A stretch of DNA of 63,347 nt, from the NCBI GenBank assembly GCA_051653445.1, contig JBOFWD010000154.1, positions 1-63,347 of the forward strand, in the 5' to 3' direction. Position 1 is the stretch's first letter. Each line of letters begins with the position of its first letter. Of the stretch, positions 49,507 to 59,036 are shown piece by piece. The notes below the pieces were generated by a model. It was given only the letters and a program-made list of their open reading frames with translations, was not told where the DNA came from and did no database searches. This DNA is from Acidaminococcaceae bacterium (GTDB taxonomy: Bacteria > Bacillota > Negativicutes > Acidaminococcales > Acidaminococcaceae). A program made the position numbers and the translations under genes.

Positions 49507-49755
49507 ATGTCGGATACTTTAGTAGTAAAAGCAAAAAATGAAGAGACCTTGTTGCCGAGGGTTCTGCGAGTGTTGGCACAGCAGGGATTAGGCGTAAAGA
49601 ATTTGTGCATGAGTACTTCGAAGGATGCTAAAGAACTAGAATTACGCATTACTTTATTTACGGCGTGCGCTGAACAAGCTGTAAAGGTTTTAACCAAACA
49701 AGTCGCCATTGTGGCGGTATCCCTCGGTTATTCCGTACACAAGAAAGCTATTTGA
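49507..49755 (+). CDS. ACT-domain protein, IlvM-like acetolactate synthase small subunit
   Basis: 82 aa after RBS gaggagg. AKNEETLLPRVLRVLAQQGLGVKNLCMS resembles E. coli IlvM (ARFNPETLERVLRVVRHRGFHVCSMNMA). Confidence 0.65.
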   Translation: MSDTLVVKAKNEETLLPRVLRVLAQQGLGVKNLCMSTSKDAKELELRITLFTACAEQAVKVLTKQVAIVAVSLGYSVHKKAI

Positions 49756-49781
49756 CAAAATAGAGAAGGGAAATAAGAAAA

Positions 49782-51449
49782 ATGAAGCTATCAGGAGCGC
49801 AGGCAATCGTTAAAGTTTTGTTAGAGCAGGGGGTTGATACGGTTTTTGGTTATCCTGGAGGTCAGGTCATACCCTTATATAATGCTTTGTACGATGCGCC
49901 TTTACATAATGTGTTGACAGTGCACGAACAAGGTGCAATTCACGCTGCTGACGGTTATGCTCGTGCCAGCGGCCGTACAGGAGTTTGCATTGCTACTTCG
50001 GGACCGGGAGCAACTAACATAGTTACCGGCCTGGCCACGGCTTATCTCGACTCTGTGCCACTGGTAGCGATAACCGGACAGGTACAGGTTCAGAATTTAG
50101 GTCGCGATTCATTTCAGGAAATAGATATTGTTGGTGTGACAATTCCTATTACTAAATATAATGTCTTGGTACGCAGACCGGAAGATTTGCTGCCTACTTT
50201 GAGGCAGGCTTTTCGGCTTGCGCAAGAAGGCAGGCCGGGACCGGTCTTGGTCGATATACCAAGTAGTATTCAAAGCGGCGAAGTAGAATGGCTGGAGCCG
50301 GAAGAAGAGCTCGAAGAGGACCGGAAGCCGGCAAATATTGAAGAAGTGCTAAAAGCGGCGGCAGTAACTATTAACAACGCTGAAAGGCCGGTATTGCTTG
50401 TGGGCGGGGGTGCCATTCACAGTGCAGCAGAAAAAGAAGTGATGGCCTTTGCCAGAAAGACAGGCATGCCGGTTGTCAGTACGTTGATGGGGCTTGGTGT
50501 TTTTCCGGGCAGTGATGAGCAATCACTTGGTTTGACAGGGATGCATGGGCATATAGCCTCTAATATGGCTGTTGCTAATGCTGATGTGCTCGTGGTAGCA
50601 GGCAGCCGTTTTAACGAACGTGTTACCGGCGACCGCAATCGCTATGTCTCGAAAAAGACTATTATCCAGCTTGATATAGACCCATCAGAGGTTGATAAGA
50701 ATGTAATGACGGCGTTGCCGTTAGTGGGAAATCTCAAGGATACGCTGACTTTATTAACTCCCAAAGTGAATAAACTTGCGATAAAGCCCTGGTGGGAATC
50801 CATCAAGGCTTGGGAAGAAACAGAAGACAAGTCGACAAAGAAGGGCGACAAACTAACCGCACCATGGCTGATGACAGAGCTTAACCGTAACTACCAGGGT
50901 ACTGATACTATCTTTGTTACTGACGTAGGACAGAATCAGATGTGGGCTGCCCAGCATCTGCTGATTGATGAGCCCAGACACCATTTGACTTCCGGCGGCT
51001 GCGGTACAATGGGCTATGGCTTGCCGGCAGCCCTGGGAGCAAAGCTGGCGAGGAAAGAGGCCAAGGTAGTGCATATTGCCGGCGATGGCGGCTTCAAGAT
51101 GACAGGTATAGAACTTTATACAGCTGTCAATGAGGGTTTGCCGCTGATCAGCATTGTGATTAATAATTGTTGCTTGGGCATGGTCAGACAATGGCAGGAA
51201 ATCTTCTATGACAAGCGTTATTCCTCGACTATACTCACACCGTTTGATTTTGTTGCTTTTGCTCGTTCCTGTGGTGCTGACGGTATGACTGCGAAAACAT
51301 GTGAAGAATTCAAAGCTGCTCTCGCGCAGGCTAAAGAGGCCAAGAAACCTTTTGTGATTGAAGCAGTAATTGACCAGGGCGATCTGGTTATTCCGATGGT
51401 GGCGCCTGGCGCTGTTATACATGATTTTGTCGATCCGGGACAAAAATAA
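49782..51449 (+). CDS. ilvB: acetolactate synthase large subunit (biosynthetic type)
   Basis: 555 aa. GYPGG, TSGPGATN and the ThDP motif GDGGF...NN. Confidence 0.93.
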   Translation: MKLSGAQAIVKVLLEQGVDTVFGYPGGQVIPLYNALYDAPLHNVLTVHEQGAIHAADGYARASGRTGVCIATSGPGATNIVTGLATAYLDSVPLVAITGQVQVQNLGRDSFQEIDIVGVTIPITKYNVLVRRPEDLLPTLRQAFRLAQEGRPGPVLVDIPSSIQSGEVEWLEPEEELEEDRKPANIEEVLKAAAVTINNAERPVLLVGGGAIHSAAEKEVMAFARKTGMPVVSTLMGLGVFPGSDEQSLGLTGMHGHIASNMAVANADVLVVAGSRFNERVTGDRNRYVSKKTIIQLDIDPSEVDKNVMTALPLVGNLKDTLTLLTPKVNKLAIKPWWESIKAWEETEDKSTKKGDKLTAPWLMTELNRNYQGTDTIFVTDVGQNQMWAAQHLLIDEPRHHLTSGGCGTMGYGLPAALGAKLARKEAKVVHIAGDGGFKMTGIELYTAVNEGLPLISIVINNCCLGMVRQWQEIFYDKRYSSTILTPFDFVAFARSCGADGMTAKTCEEFKAALAQAKEAKKPFVIEAVIDQGDLVIPMVAPGAVIHDFVDPGQK

Positions 51450-51503
51450 ATTTCTATAAAATAGTTTTTGAGTGACAAGCACAGCGGCTTTTTTATCTAT
51501 TGC

Positions 51504-51532
51504 TTGCAATCAGATGAAACTAATGATACAAT
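51504..51532 (+). promoter_or_regulatory. sigma-A-type promoter of rpsF-ssb-rpsR
   Basis: TTGCAA-17 nt-TACAAT with TG one base upstream of the -10 (extended -10). Confidence 0.55.
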
Positions 51533-51610
51533 TACTAGGCTGTATATATTAATTTATATACTTCTTCTGCTCCCATTGAGGAGCCAAAGTCCAAAGGAGG
51601 AGGTGATTTC

Positions 51611-51895
51611 GTGAAAGCATACGAAGTCATGTACATCGTTAAACCGGTTGAAGAAGAGACTTTTGAAGCACTTGTGACAAAATTCGATACTTTGATTGCT
51701 GCAAACGGTGGAACTGTAGAAAAAACTGACCGGTGGGGTAAAAAACGCCTAGCCTATGAAATCAATGATTTTGTAGAAGGTATTTATGTCCTCGTAACGT
51801 TCAACGCAGAACCAAAAGCTGTTAAAGAACTTGACCGTGTCATGAAGATTACCGATGATATTCTACGCCACATGATTATTAGAAAAGGCGAATAA
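51611..51895 (+). CDS. rpsF: 30S ribosomal protein S6
   Basis: 94 aa with a GTG start after aaggaggaggtg. YEVMYIVKP start is typical of S6. Confidence 0.95.
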   Translation: MKAYEVMYIVKPVEEETFEALVTKFDTLIAANGGTVEKTDRWGKKRLAYEINDFVEGIYVLVTFNAEPKAVKELDRVMKITDDILRHMIIRKGE

Positions 51896-51915
51896 GCCAA
51901 GGAGGTAACTATATT

Positions 51916-52329
51916 ATGAATAAAGTTATACTCATGGGCCGTCTAACACGTGACCCGGAAGTACGTTATACGCAAAGCGGTAAGGTAGTTTGCCAGTTCA
52001 CTTTAGCGGTAGATCGTTTTACTACTAATCAAGAAGGACAAAGAGAAGCTGATTTCGTTCCTATCGTAGTATGGGGAAAAGTTGGCGAATTATGCGGGAA
52101 TAGTCTGACAAAGGGACAAAGAGCACTTGTTGATGGCAGATTGCAGATACGCAGCTATGAAGCGAAAGATGGCAGCGGCAAACGGTGGGTAACGGAAGTT
52201 ATCGCCGGCAGCGTCCAATTTATCGATCGTAAAGCAGGCGGTGCAGGAGCTCATGAACAAAGCGCTTCCAAAGGCGAGATGGAATCTTTCGGATCGCCGG
52301 TAGCTTTTGATGAAGAAATCCCATTCTAA
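51916..52329 (+). CDS. ssb: single-stranded DNA-binding protein
   Basis: 137 aa. MNKVILMGRLTRDPEVRYT OB fold and a C-terminal acidic tip DEEIPF. Confidence 0.95.
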   Translation: MNKVILMGRLTRDPEVRYTQSGKVVCQFTLAVDRFTTNQEGQREADFVPIVVWGKVGELCGNSLTKGQRALVDGRLQIRSYEAKDGSGKRWVTEVIAGSVQFIDRKAGGAGAHEQSASKGEMESFGSPVAFDEEIPF

Positions 52330-52347
52330 AAAATGGAGGTTATGCGA

Positions 52348-52578
52348 ATGAAACGCGAAAGAGGCAGAAAACCCAGAAGAAAAGTATGTAGCTTCTGTGT
52401 TGATAAAGTTGAAGATATCGATTATAAGGATATTGCAAAGTTGCGTCGTTACGTTACTGAACGCGGCAAGATTTTACCGCGTCGTATTTCCGGTAACTGC
52501 GCAAAACATCAGAGACAACTTACTGTTGCAATTAAACGTGCGCGCAATATAGCGTTATTGCCGTTTACTTGTGAATAA
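52348..52578 (+). CDS. rpsR: 30S ribosomal protein S18
   Basis: [17 protein letters not shown]...[15 protein letters not shown] 52348 was chosen on spacing from ggagg. Confidence 0.95.
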   Translation: MKRERGRKPRRKVCSFCVDKVEDIDYKDIAKLRRYVTERGKILPRRISGNCAKHQRQLTVAIKRARNIALLPFTCE

Positions 52579-52602
52579 GAATATTGTTTGAAGATGCAAT
52601 TG

Positions 52603-52639
52603 AGGCACCTCGGCATTTGCTGGGGTGCCTTTTATTTTT
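52603..52639 (+). terminator. intrinsic terminator after rpsR
   Basis: aggcacc-13 nt loop-ggtgcct followed by tttatttt. Confidence 0.7.
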
Positions 52640-52738
52640 GCAGGTCTGGTTCTTTTCATTTAAGGTAAATGAGTGTACAATAGATTTGTGTATCCTTTTG
52701 GGGTTGTTGTTAATATGTTTTTTTGAGGAGGAAATTTA

Positions 52739-53686
52739 GTGGCACATAAAACTTCAGCAATGGTTGAAGCAGGTATTCTTGCAGCAATAGCGATTGTTTT
52801 TGCTTTAATAAGTACATATGTACCGGTTTTGGGAATGTTAGTTAATTTCATCTGGTGTTTGCCGATTATATTATGCGGCATGCGCAATGGTTTGCGTTGG
52901 AGTATTATGACTCTGGTAGTTTCCGGTGCCGTTATATCTATACTGATCAGTCCGATTAATGCCTTGCTGTTAGTTGCTGTTTTTGGGCCGTTAGGCCTCG
53001 TGCTTGGCGAATGTATGAAACGCAGGCTGCCGCCTGTCAAGCTGATGGCTATAAGCTCTGTTGCCGCATTTGTTTCCTTGATGGTCAGTGTAGGCATTAC
53101 TTTTGCTTTCCTCGGTTCAGATCCGATTTCTATGTTTTTTGGTATGTTTGATGAAGCTTTGACTGACATAATAGCAATATATAAACAACAAGGTCTGTCT
53201 GAGGAACAAATACAAGCTGCAACAACATCTGCAAAGGATTCCTTCAAGCTTATCAAGTTGGTGTTGCCGGCATCTTTTGTCATCAGTGCACCAATATTAG
53301 CTTTTATTAATTACTGGGCAGCAAAAAGCATTTTGAACAAACTTGGAGAGCGTTTTGAAGCCTTTCCCCCTTTTACGAGTCTTTCTTTGCCGCGTTGGCT
53401 GGCTGTTCCTTATATAATATCATTGGTGCTGGTGTTTACTTTTGATGGACAGCAGGCAGGCATGCCCTATCTTCTGGGTGTTAACCTGCAGATGCTTTGC
53501 AGCTTTATTCTGGTCATGCAAGGTCTGGCTGTTGTCTTCTGGTATATCAAAGACAAGAATTTGCCGAAATGGTGGGGCAAAGTTGCTGTTGCACTAATCT
53601 TTATCAGCCAGTTTGTTTCGCAATATGTTGTCTTTATTGGCATTTTTGATTTATTTATGGATTTCCGTAAAATACGCAAAGGTTAA
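52739..53686 (+). CDS. yybS: YybS family (DUF2232) membrane protein
   Basis: 315 aa polytopic with a GTG start after gaggagg. Position upstream of gdpP, as in B. subtilis. Confidence 0.8.
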   Translation: MAHKTSAMVEAGILAAIAIVFALISTYVPVLGMLVNFIWCLPIILCGMRNGLRWSIMTLVVSGAVISILISPINALLLVAVFGPLGLVLGECMKRRLPPVKLMAISSVAAFVSLMVSVGITFAFLGSDPISMFFGMFDEALTDIIAIYKQQGLSEEQIQAATTSAKDSFKLIKLVLPASFVISAPILAFINYWAAKSILNKLGERFEAFPPFTSLSLPRWLAVPYIISLVLVFTFDGQQAGMPYLLGVNLQMLCSFILVMQGLAVVFWYIKDKNLPKWWGKVAVALIFISQFVSQYVVFIGIFDLFMDFRKIRKG

Positions 53687-53722
53687 CTAAAGTAAGCAGA
53701 TTGAGATGGGGCGTTAGTAGCT

Positions 53723-55750
53723 ATGTTTAATAAAAACTGGAGTTTTTGGGGCGACAATAAAGTTTTCATGCTGATTATCGGCCTTTTGGTCGTCATTGTC
53801 GGTATTTATGAACGTTTATTTTTACCGCTTGGCATAGTAATTCTATTGGGTGTCTATTTTTTCAGCAAGAAACTTTATGAGGCCAAAGAAGCATGGTTCA
53901 ACCGTTATCTTGATACCGTTGTACGTAATATTGAAAGAGTTAATAATTATGCTGTTCAGCAGCTGCCAATCGGCATTGCGGTTTTTGAAAATGACGGTAA
54001 GCTGCAATGGAAGAATGAGATATTTCAGACATGGGTGGTAGGTAAGGCTGTCGATGGCGCTTATCTGAAAGACATTTTGCCGCCGCCTGATAATAATTTC
54101 GAAACGCTAAGCATTCGGGATGCTGAGAAACAAATAAAAATCAATGATCGTTTTTTTCAAATGACGGTAAGACGCATTATCACACAGGAAAATGGTGACA
54201 GTTTTACCGGACTTGCGCTTTATTTGACGGATATCACTGACAAAGAACGCCAAAAAAAGAAATTTGATGACGAGCGTATCTGTGTTGCTAATTTACAGTT
54301 TGATAATTACAGCGATGTTATGAAAGGCTTGAGTGAAAGCACCAGAGCCAGCGTAATCGTTGAAGTCAACAGGATTATCAGTAATTGGGCAGAAGAGATG
54401 AATGGACTCTTCATAAGATATGATGAAGATTTGTATTCAGTGGGGTTTAATAAGGCGGCTTTGCAGGAATGTATCAAGCACAAGTTTGACATTCTTGATA
54501 AGGTCAGGGAAATAAAAGTCGGCAACAAGCTTCCGCCGACGATCAGTGTCAGTGTGGCTTGTGAGGAAAAGAACTTATTGATGCTTGGACAAAAAGCTCA
54601 GAGTGGTCTTGACCTGGCTTTGGGCCGCGGCGGTGACCAGGCAGTGGTCTCTATCGCCGGTGAAATGCAGTTTTTTGGCGGCAAAAATATTGTGCAGGCT
54701 AAAAGCACGCGTGTGCGTGCCCGTATAGTTGCCCAGGCAGTGCATGAATTAATGCTCAGCGCAGATAAAATCTTTGTCATGGGTCATGTGAATGAGGATT
54801 ATGATTCTCTTGGTGCTGCTATCGGCGTTGCCAAAATGGCTTTTTCGCTGTCAAAAGAAGCGTATATAGTTACAAGCGGTCAAGGCTATTCTCAGGAAAA
54901 GATCAAGGAAATGGCGGCAGAAAGAGATGCCGTATATAGCTCGATTATTGTTGACGGGGCCAATGCTTTAACGCAGGCAACACCGAAGAGTTTGCTGGTT
55001 TTGGTTGATCATCATCGTGCGATGCTTTCAGCTTCGCAGGAAGTGTTGAATACGATTCCGAAAAAAGTCATTATCGACCACCATCGCCGGGCAGAAGATT
55101 TGATTAAAAATGTAGTTTTGCTTTATCTTGAGCCGTTGTCTTCCTCGACCAGTGAATTGGTTACGGAATTGATTACTTATTTTGATGACCGTTTGGAACT
55201 CAATGAATCTGAGGCATCCGCTTTGTATGCAGGTATAGTTGTTGATACTAAGAACTTTGCGGTACAAACGGGTGAACGAACCTTTGATGCGGCAGCTTAT
55301 CTGCGACGCCATGGAGCTGATCCGTCTCTGGTTCATAAACTTTTTCGTGACGAGATGGCAACTGTTGTGCAGAGAGCAAAATTGGTTGCCGCTGCCAGAA
55401 CGCCAATAGCAGGATTAGCTGTTTCAATCTATAAAAACGCACCCAGTGCTGACAATACTTCTGTTATTTTGGCACAGGCAGCTGATGAGCTTGTTACAAT
55501 GAGTGAAGTAAAGGTCAGTGTCGTTATGGCGGAAACCGAAAATGAGCTTTTGGTCAGTGCCCGTAGTGATGGTTCCGTCAATGTACAGACTATTATGGAA
55601 GAACTAGGCGGCGGAGGACACCAGACAGTGGCCGGCGTGCAGCTAAAGGGTGTGCAAGCGGAGGAAGTTGAGCCGCAGATCATTGAACTGACCAGAAAAC
55701 AGATGGAGGAGAGAGAAACCAATGAAAGTAATATTACTGCAAGATATTAA
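53723..55750 (+). CDS. gdpP: cyclic-di-AMP phosphodiesterase GdpP (2 TM, PAS, degenerate GGDEF, DHH/DHHA1)
   Basis: 675 aa. GHVNEDYDSLG, DHHR and the GGGGH motif at the C-terminus. Confidence 0.92.
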   Translation: MFNKNWSFWGDNKVFMLIIGLLVVIVGIYERLFLPLGIVILLGVYFFSKKLYEAKEAWFNRYLDTVVRNIERVNNYAVQQLPIGIAVFENDGKLQWKNEIFQTWVVGKAVDGAYLKDILPPPDNNFETLSIRDAEKQIKINDRFFQMTVRRIITQENGDSFTGLALYLTDITDKERQKKKFDDERICVANLQFDNYSDVMKGLSESTRASVIVEVNRIISNWAEEMNGLFIRYDEDLYSVGFNKAALQECIKHKFDILDKVREIKVGNKLPPTISVSVACEEKNLLMLGQKAQSGLDLALGRGGDQAVVSIAGEMQFFGGKNIVQAKSTRVRARIVAQAVHELMLSADKIFVMGHVNEDYDSLGAAIGVAKMAFSLSKEAYIVTSGQGYSQEKIKEMAAERDAVYSSIIVDGANALTQATPKSLLVLVDHHRAMLSASQEVLNTIPKKVIIDHHRRAEDLIKNVVLLYLEPLSSSTSELVTELITYFDDRLELNESEASALYAGIVVDTKNFAVQTGERTFDAAAYLRRHGADPSLVHKLFRDEMATVVQRAKLVAAARTPIAGLAVSIYKNAPSADNTSVILAQAADELVTMSEVKVSVVMAETENELLVSARSDGSVNVQTIMEELGGGGHQTVAGVQLKGVQAEEVEPQIIELTRKQMEERETNESNITARY

Positions 55751-56171
55751 GTCTGTGGGTAAAAAAGGTGATATAGTAGAAGCTTCGGACGGTTATGCCC
55801 GGAATTACCTGCTGCCGAAAAAATTGGCGAAAGAAGCTAGTTCCGCCAATGTAAATCAAGCTAAAAAAGATCAGGAAACAGCTGCCCATCGTGCAGCACA
55901 GAAAAAAGATGAAGCCATTGTTTTGGCCTCGCAGATTGAAAAAGTAACAGTCAAATTGAAGGTGCGCGTTGGCGAAAATGGTAAAATGTTCGGTTCCGTT
56001 GCGTCTAAAGATGTTGCTGAGGCTTTAATCAAACAAACAGGATTAGAAGGCATTGACCGGCGCAAAATAGAACTGAAAACCGCAGTCAAGGGTCTGGGAG
56101 TTTATACCGCAGCAGCAAAATTACATCCGGAAATTGCTGCGGAATTTAAGGTAGAAATTGAGGCTGAGTAA
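55722..56171 (+). CDS. rplI: 50S ribosomal protein L9
   Basis: 149 aa. MKVILLQDIKSVGKKGDIVEASDGYARNYL. Overlaps the gdpP end by 29 nt. Confidence 0.95.
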   Translation: MKVILLQDIKSVGKKGDIVEASDGYARNYLLPKKLAKEASSANVNQAKKDQETAAHRAAQKKDEAIVLASQIEKVTVKLKVRVGENGKMFGSVASKDVAEALIKQTGLEGIDRRKIELKTAVKGLGVYTAAAKLHPEIAAEFKVEIEAE

Positions 56172-56173
56172 AG

Positions 56174-57505
56174 ATGATTGACCGCGTGCCACCACAAAAC
56201 ATCGAAGCTGAACAGGCAGTTTTGGGCGCAATGATGATTGACAAAGAAGCAATTTCCAAAGCTACGGAAATTTTGCGGGAAAATGATTTTTATCGCCAGG
56301 ACCACAGGGCTGTTTATCAGGTAATTGTTGAGTTGTTCAGCAAGAACCAGGCTGTCGACATGGTAACTGTTACCGAAGCTTTGAAACGCGAGAGCAAACT
56401 TGAAGACGTCGGTGGTATTCAGTTTATTACTTATTTGGCTAATGCTGTTCCAACAGCAGCCAATATAACCTATCATGCCAGAATAGTTGAAGAAAAATCC
56501 CTGTTAAGACAACTTATCAGTGTATCGACGCAGATTGCCGGCTCTGGTTATGAAGGGGCAGAGGATGTAAATACACTGCTTGATAATGCAGAACGCATGA
56601 TTCTCGGTGTTTCCGAGAGAAAAATAAGTCGTGATTTTGCACCCATCAAAGAAGTAGTAATGAGTGCGGTCGATCGTATCGACGAATTATATAATAAAAA
56701 AGGCGGCATTACGGGTATTGCGACCGGCTTCATTGATTTTGATCATTTGACAAGCGGTTTGCAGCCCTCTGACTTAATTTTGATTGCTGCTCGCCCGAGT
56801 ATGGGTAAAACAGCATTAGTGCTGAATATGGCCCAAAATATCGCAATTCGCGAAAAGAAAGCGGTTGCTTTTTTCTCTTTGGAAATGAGCAAGGAACAAT
56901 TAGTGCAGCGTATGCTTTGTTCAGAAGCCAGCATTGATTCATCTCGTTTGCGTATTGGTGAGCTGGAAGATAATGATTGGGAAAAATTGATCTGGGCAGC
57001 TGATAGTTTGAGCCAGGCGGAGATTTTTATTGATGATACGCCAGGTATCACTGTCATGGAGATGCGTGCCAAAGCACGAAGATTGAAAGTGGAACATAAT
57101 TTGCAGCTGATCGTCATCGACTACCTGCAGTTGATGCAGGGGTCCGGTAAGAAGAGCGGTGAAAACCGACAGCAGGAATTATCCGATATCTCGCGTTCCC
57201 TGAAGGCTTTAGCCAGAGAACTGAATGTGCCGGTTATCGCACTGTCGCAGCTCAGCCGCAGCGTGGAAAGCCGGCAGGTTAAGAGACCGATGCTCAGCGA
57301 CTTGCGCGAATCAGGCGCCCTGGAGCAGGATGCCGATCTTGTTGCTTTCTTGTATCGTGAAGATTATTATGATAAAGAAACGGAGAATAAGAACATTACA
57401 GAATTAATTATTGCCAAACACCGTAATGGTCCGGTTGATACTGTCAAATTATTCTTCCATAAACAATTTACGCGTTTTGCCAACCTGGCTAAAGGTGTTG
57501 ATTAA
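56174..57505 (+). CDS. dnaB: replicative DNA helicase (DnaB family; DnaC in B. subtilis nomenclature)
   Basis: 443 aa. PPQNIEAEQAVLGAM, Walker A ARPSMGKTA and the RQQE...SRSLK motifs. Confidence 0.96.
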   Translation: MIDRVPPQNIEAEQAVLGAMMIDKEAISKATEILRENDFYRQDHRAVYQVIVELFSKNQAVDMVTVTEALKRESKLEDVGGIQFITYLANAVPTAANITYHARIVEEKSLLRQLISVSTQIAGSGYEGAEDVNTLLDNAERMILGVSERKISRDFAPIKEVVMSAVDRIDELYNKKGGITGIATGFIDFDHLTSGLQPSDLILIAARPSMGKTALVLNMAQNIAIREKKAVAFFSLEMSKEQLVQRMLCSEASIDSSRLRIGELEDNDWEKLIWAADSLSQAEIFIDDTPGITVMEMRAKARRLKVEHNLQLIVIDYLQLMQGSGKKSGENRQQELSDISRSLKALARELNVPVIALSQLSRSVESRQVKRPMLSDLRESGALEQDADLVAFLYREDYYDKETENKNITELIIAKHRNGPVDTVKLFFHKQFTRFANLAKGVD

Positions 57506-57508
57506 ACA

Positions 57509-57545
57509 AAAACCGCTTGAGATCTTGTTCTCAAGCGGTTTTTGC
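57509..57545 (+). terminator. intrinsic terminator after the helicase gene
   Basis: aaccgcttgaga-tcttgt-tctcaagcggtt followed by ttt. Confidence 0.9.
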
Positions 57546-57563
57546 TTTAGTCTTACAGAAAAA

Positions 57564-57607
57564 ATTGCCGAATAATTTTAAAAACAATAGGATAATTGTT
57601 CGAAACT
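57564..57607. promoter_or_regulatory. candidate PurR operator: two inverted PurBox-like sites separated by 16 nt
   Basis: attgccgaataatt (57564-57577) and, on the other strand, agtttcgaacaatt (57594-57607). Each matches AWWWCCGAACWWTT at 12/14. They abut the -35 of the purB promoter. Confidence 0.4.
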
Positions 57608-57608
57608 A

Positions 57609-57637
57609 TTGCGTCCAAGTGGCTAAAATGCTAAAAT
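57609..57637 (+). promoter_or_regulatory. sigma-A-type promoter of purB-purA
   Basis: TTGCGT-17 nt-TAAAAT. Confidence 0.5.
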
Positions 57638-57731
57638 ATCTTTGGTGCCGTCTGTACTTTTGTCTATTTTTGTTTTCGGACTGCAAATTAATAAGTATTT
57701 AATGGATAAAACACTAATAGGAGGAACTATT

Positions 57732-59024
57732 GTGATTAAACGTTACACCAGCCCAGAGATGGGTGCTATCTGGACGGAAGAAAATGAATTCCGAACAATG
57801 TTGAAAGTGGAAATCCTGGCTTGCGAAGCAATGAACAAACTGGGTGCTGTTCCTGATGATGCATTAAAGGATATTCAGACAAAATCAGACTTTCGTTTGG
57901 AGAGAATTCATGAAATAGAGGCTGTTACCAACCATGACATTATTTCTTTTGTTACTGCCGTGGGTGAATACGTAGGTGATGCTTCCAAATATATTCATAA
58001 AGGTCTTACTTCCAGTGACGTTAAAGACACGGCACTTGGCGTTATGATGAAACAAGCAGCTGACATTTTGCTTGAGTTGTTGAAAAAATTTCATGCTGTG
58101 CTGCGGCGCCGCGCGGCTGAACACAAATATACAGTCATGATCGGCCGGACTCATGGCATTCATGCGGAACCGATGACTCTTGGCTTGAAATTTGCGCTGT
58201 GGATGGATGAAACAGAACGCAATATCAGAAGATTGGAAGAAGCTCGTGAAACTGTAGCTGTTGGCAAGCTTTCCGGTGCTGTCGGCACATATTCCAATAT
58301 TGATCCTTTTGTAGAAGAATATGTCTGCGAAAAATTAGAAATAAAACCGGTGAAATTAGCTACCCAAGTTGTACAACGTGACAGACATGCTTATTTCCTG
58401 TCGACACTAGCAATCATCGGCTGCTCTTTGGATAAAATGGCGACCGAGATCCGCAACCTGCAGCGTACAGATATTCGTGAAGTTGAGGAATATTTTGCGC
58501 CTGGCCAAAAAGGTTCTTCTGCCATGCCGCACAAACGTAATCCGATTACCTGCGAAAAAGTTTCAGGTTTGGCACGTTTATTACGTGGCAACGCTTTAGC
58601 TGCGATGGAAAATGTAGCTCTTTGGCATGAACGCGATATTTCTCATTCTTCCGTAGAACGTGTGATTCTGCCTGACAGTACGATTGCGCTTGACCACATG
58701 CTGCGTAAGTTTACCAATATCATTGATAAATTGCTTGTTTATCCTGATGCTATGATCGCTAACATGAATAAAACCGGCGGTTTGATTTTCAGCCAGAACC
58801 TTTTGACTGCGCTTGTCGGCAAAGGTGTGTTGCGTGAAGATGCTTACAAATGGGTACAGCGTAACGCAATGGCTCGTTGGCTTGAAGGTGCTGATTTCAA
58901 AACCAATGTTTCAATGGATGAAGATATTAAAAATCATCTTGCGGTGGAAGAAATCGAAGCCTGTTTTGACCCCAAACCTATGCTTAAAAATATTGATTTA
59001 ATAATGGCCAGATTTGGTCTCTAA
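57732..59024 (+). CDS. purB: adenylosuccinate lyase
   Basis: VIKRYTSPEMGAIWTEENEF... with a GTG start 6 nt after aggagga. Signature GSSAMPHKRNP. Confidence 0.95.
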   Translation: MIKRYTSPEMGAIWTEENEFRTMLKVEILACEAMNKLGAVPDDALKDIQTKSDFRLERIHEIEAVTNHDIISFVTAVGEYVGDASKYIHKGLTSSDVKDTALGVMMKQAADILLELLKKFHAVLRRRAAEHKYTVMIGRTHGIHAEPMTLGLKFALWMDETERNIRRLEEARETVAVGKLSGAVGTYSNIDPFVEEYVCEKLEIKPVKLATQVVQRDRHAYFLSTLAIIGCSLDKMATEIRNLQRTDIREVEEYFAPGQKGSSAMPHKRNPITCEKVSGLARLLRGNALAAMENVALWHERDISHSSVERVILPDSTIALDHMLRKFTNIIDKLLVYPDAMIANMNKTGGLIFSQNLLTALVGKGVLREDAYKWVQRNAMARWLEGADFKTNVSMDEDIKNHLAVEEIEACFDPKPMLKNIDLIMARFGL

Positions 59025-59036
59025 GGAGGAACTCTT

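Noticed and set aside
50853-51509. 218-aa minus-strand ORF opposite ilvB
   Set aside because: It is antisense to a ThDP-motif-containing acetolactate synthase gene and has no RBS.
52660-53283. 207-aa minus-strand ORF opposite yybS
   Set aside because: It is the mirror frame of a hydrophobic membrane protein gene. The plus-strand gene has a good RBS and conserved synteny with gdpP.
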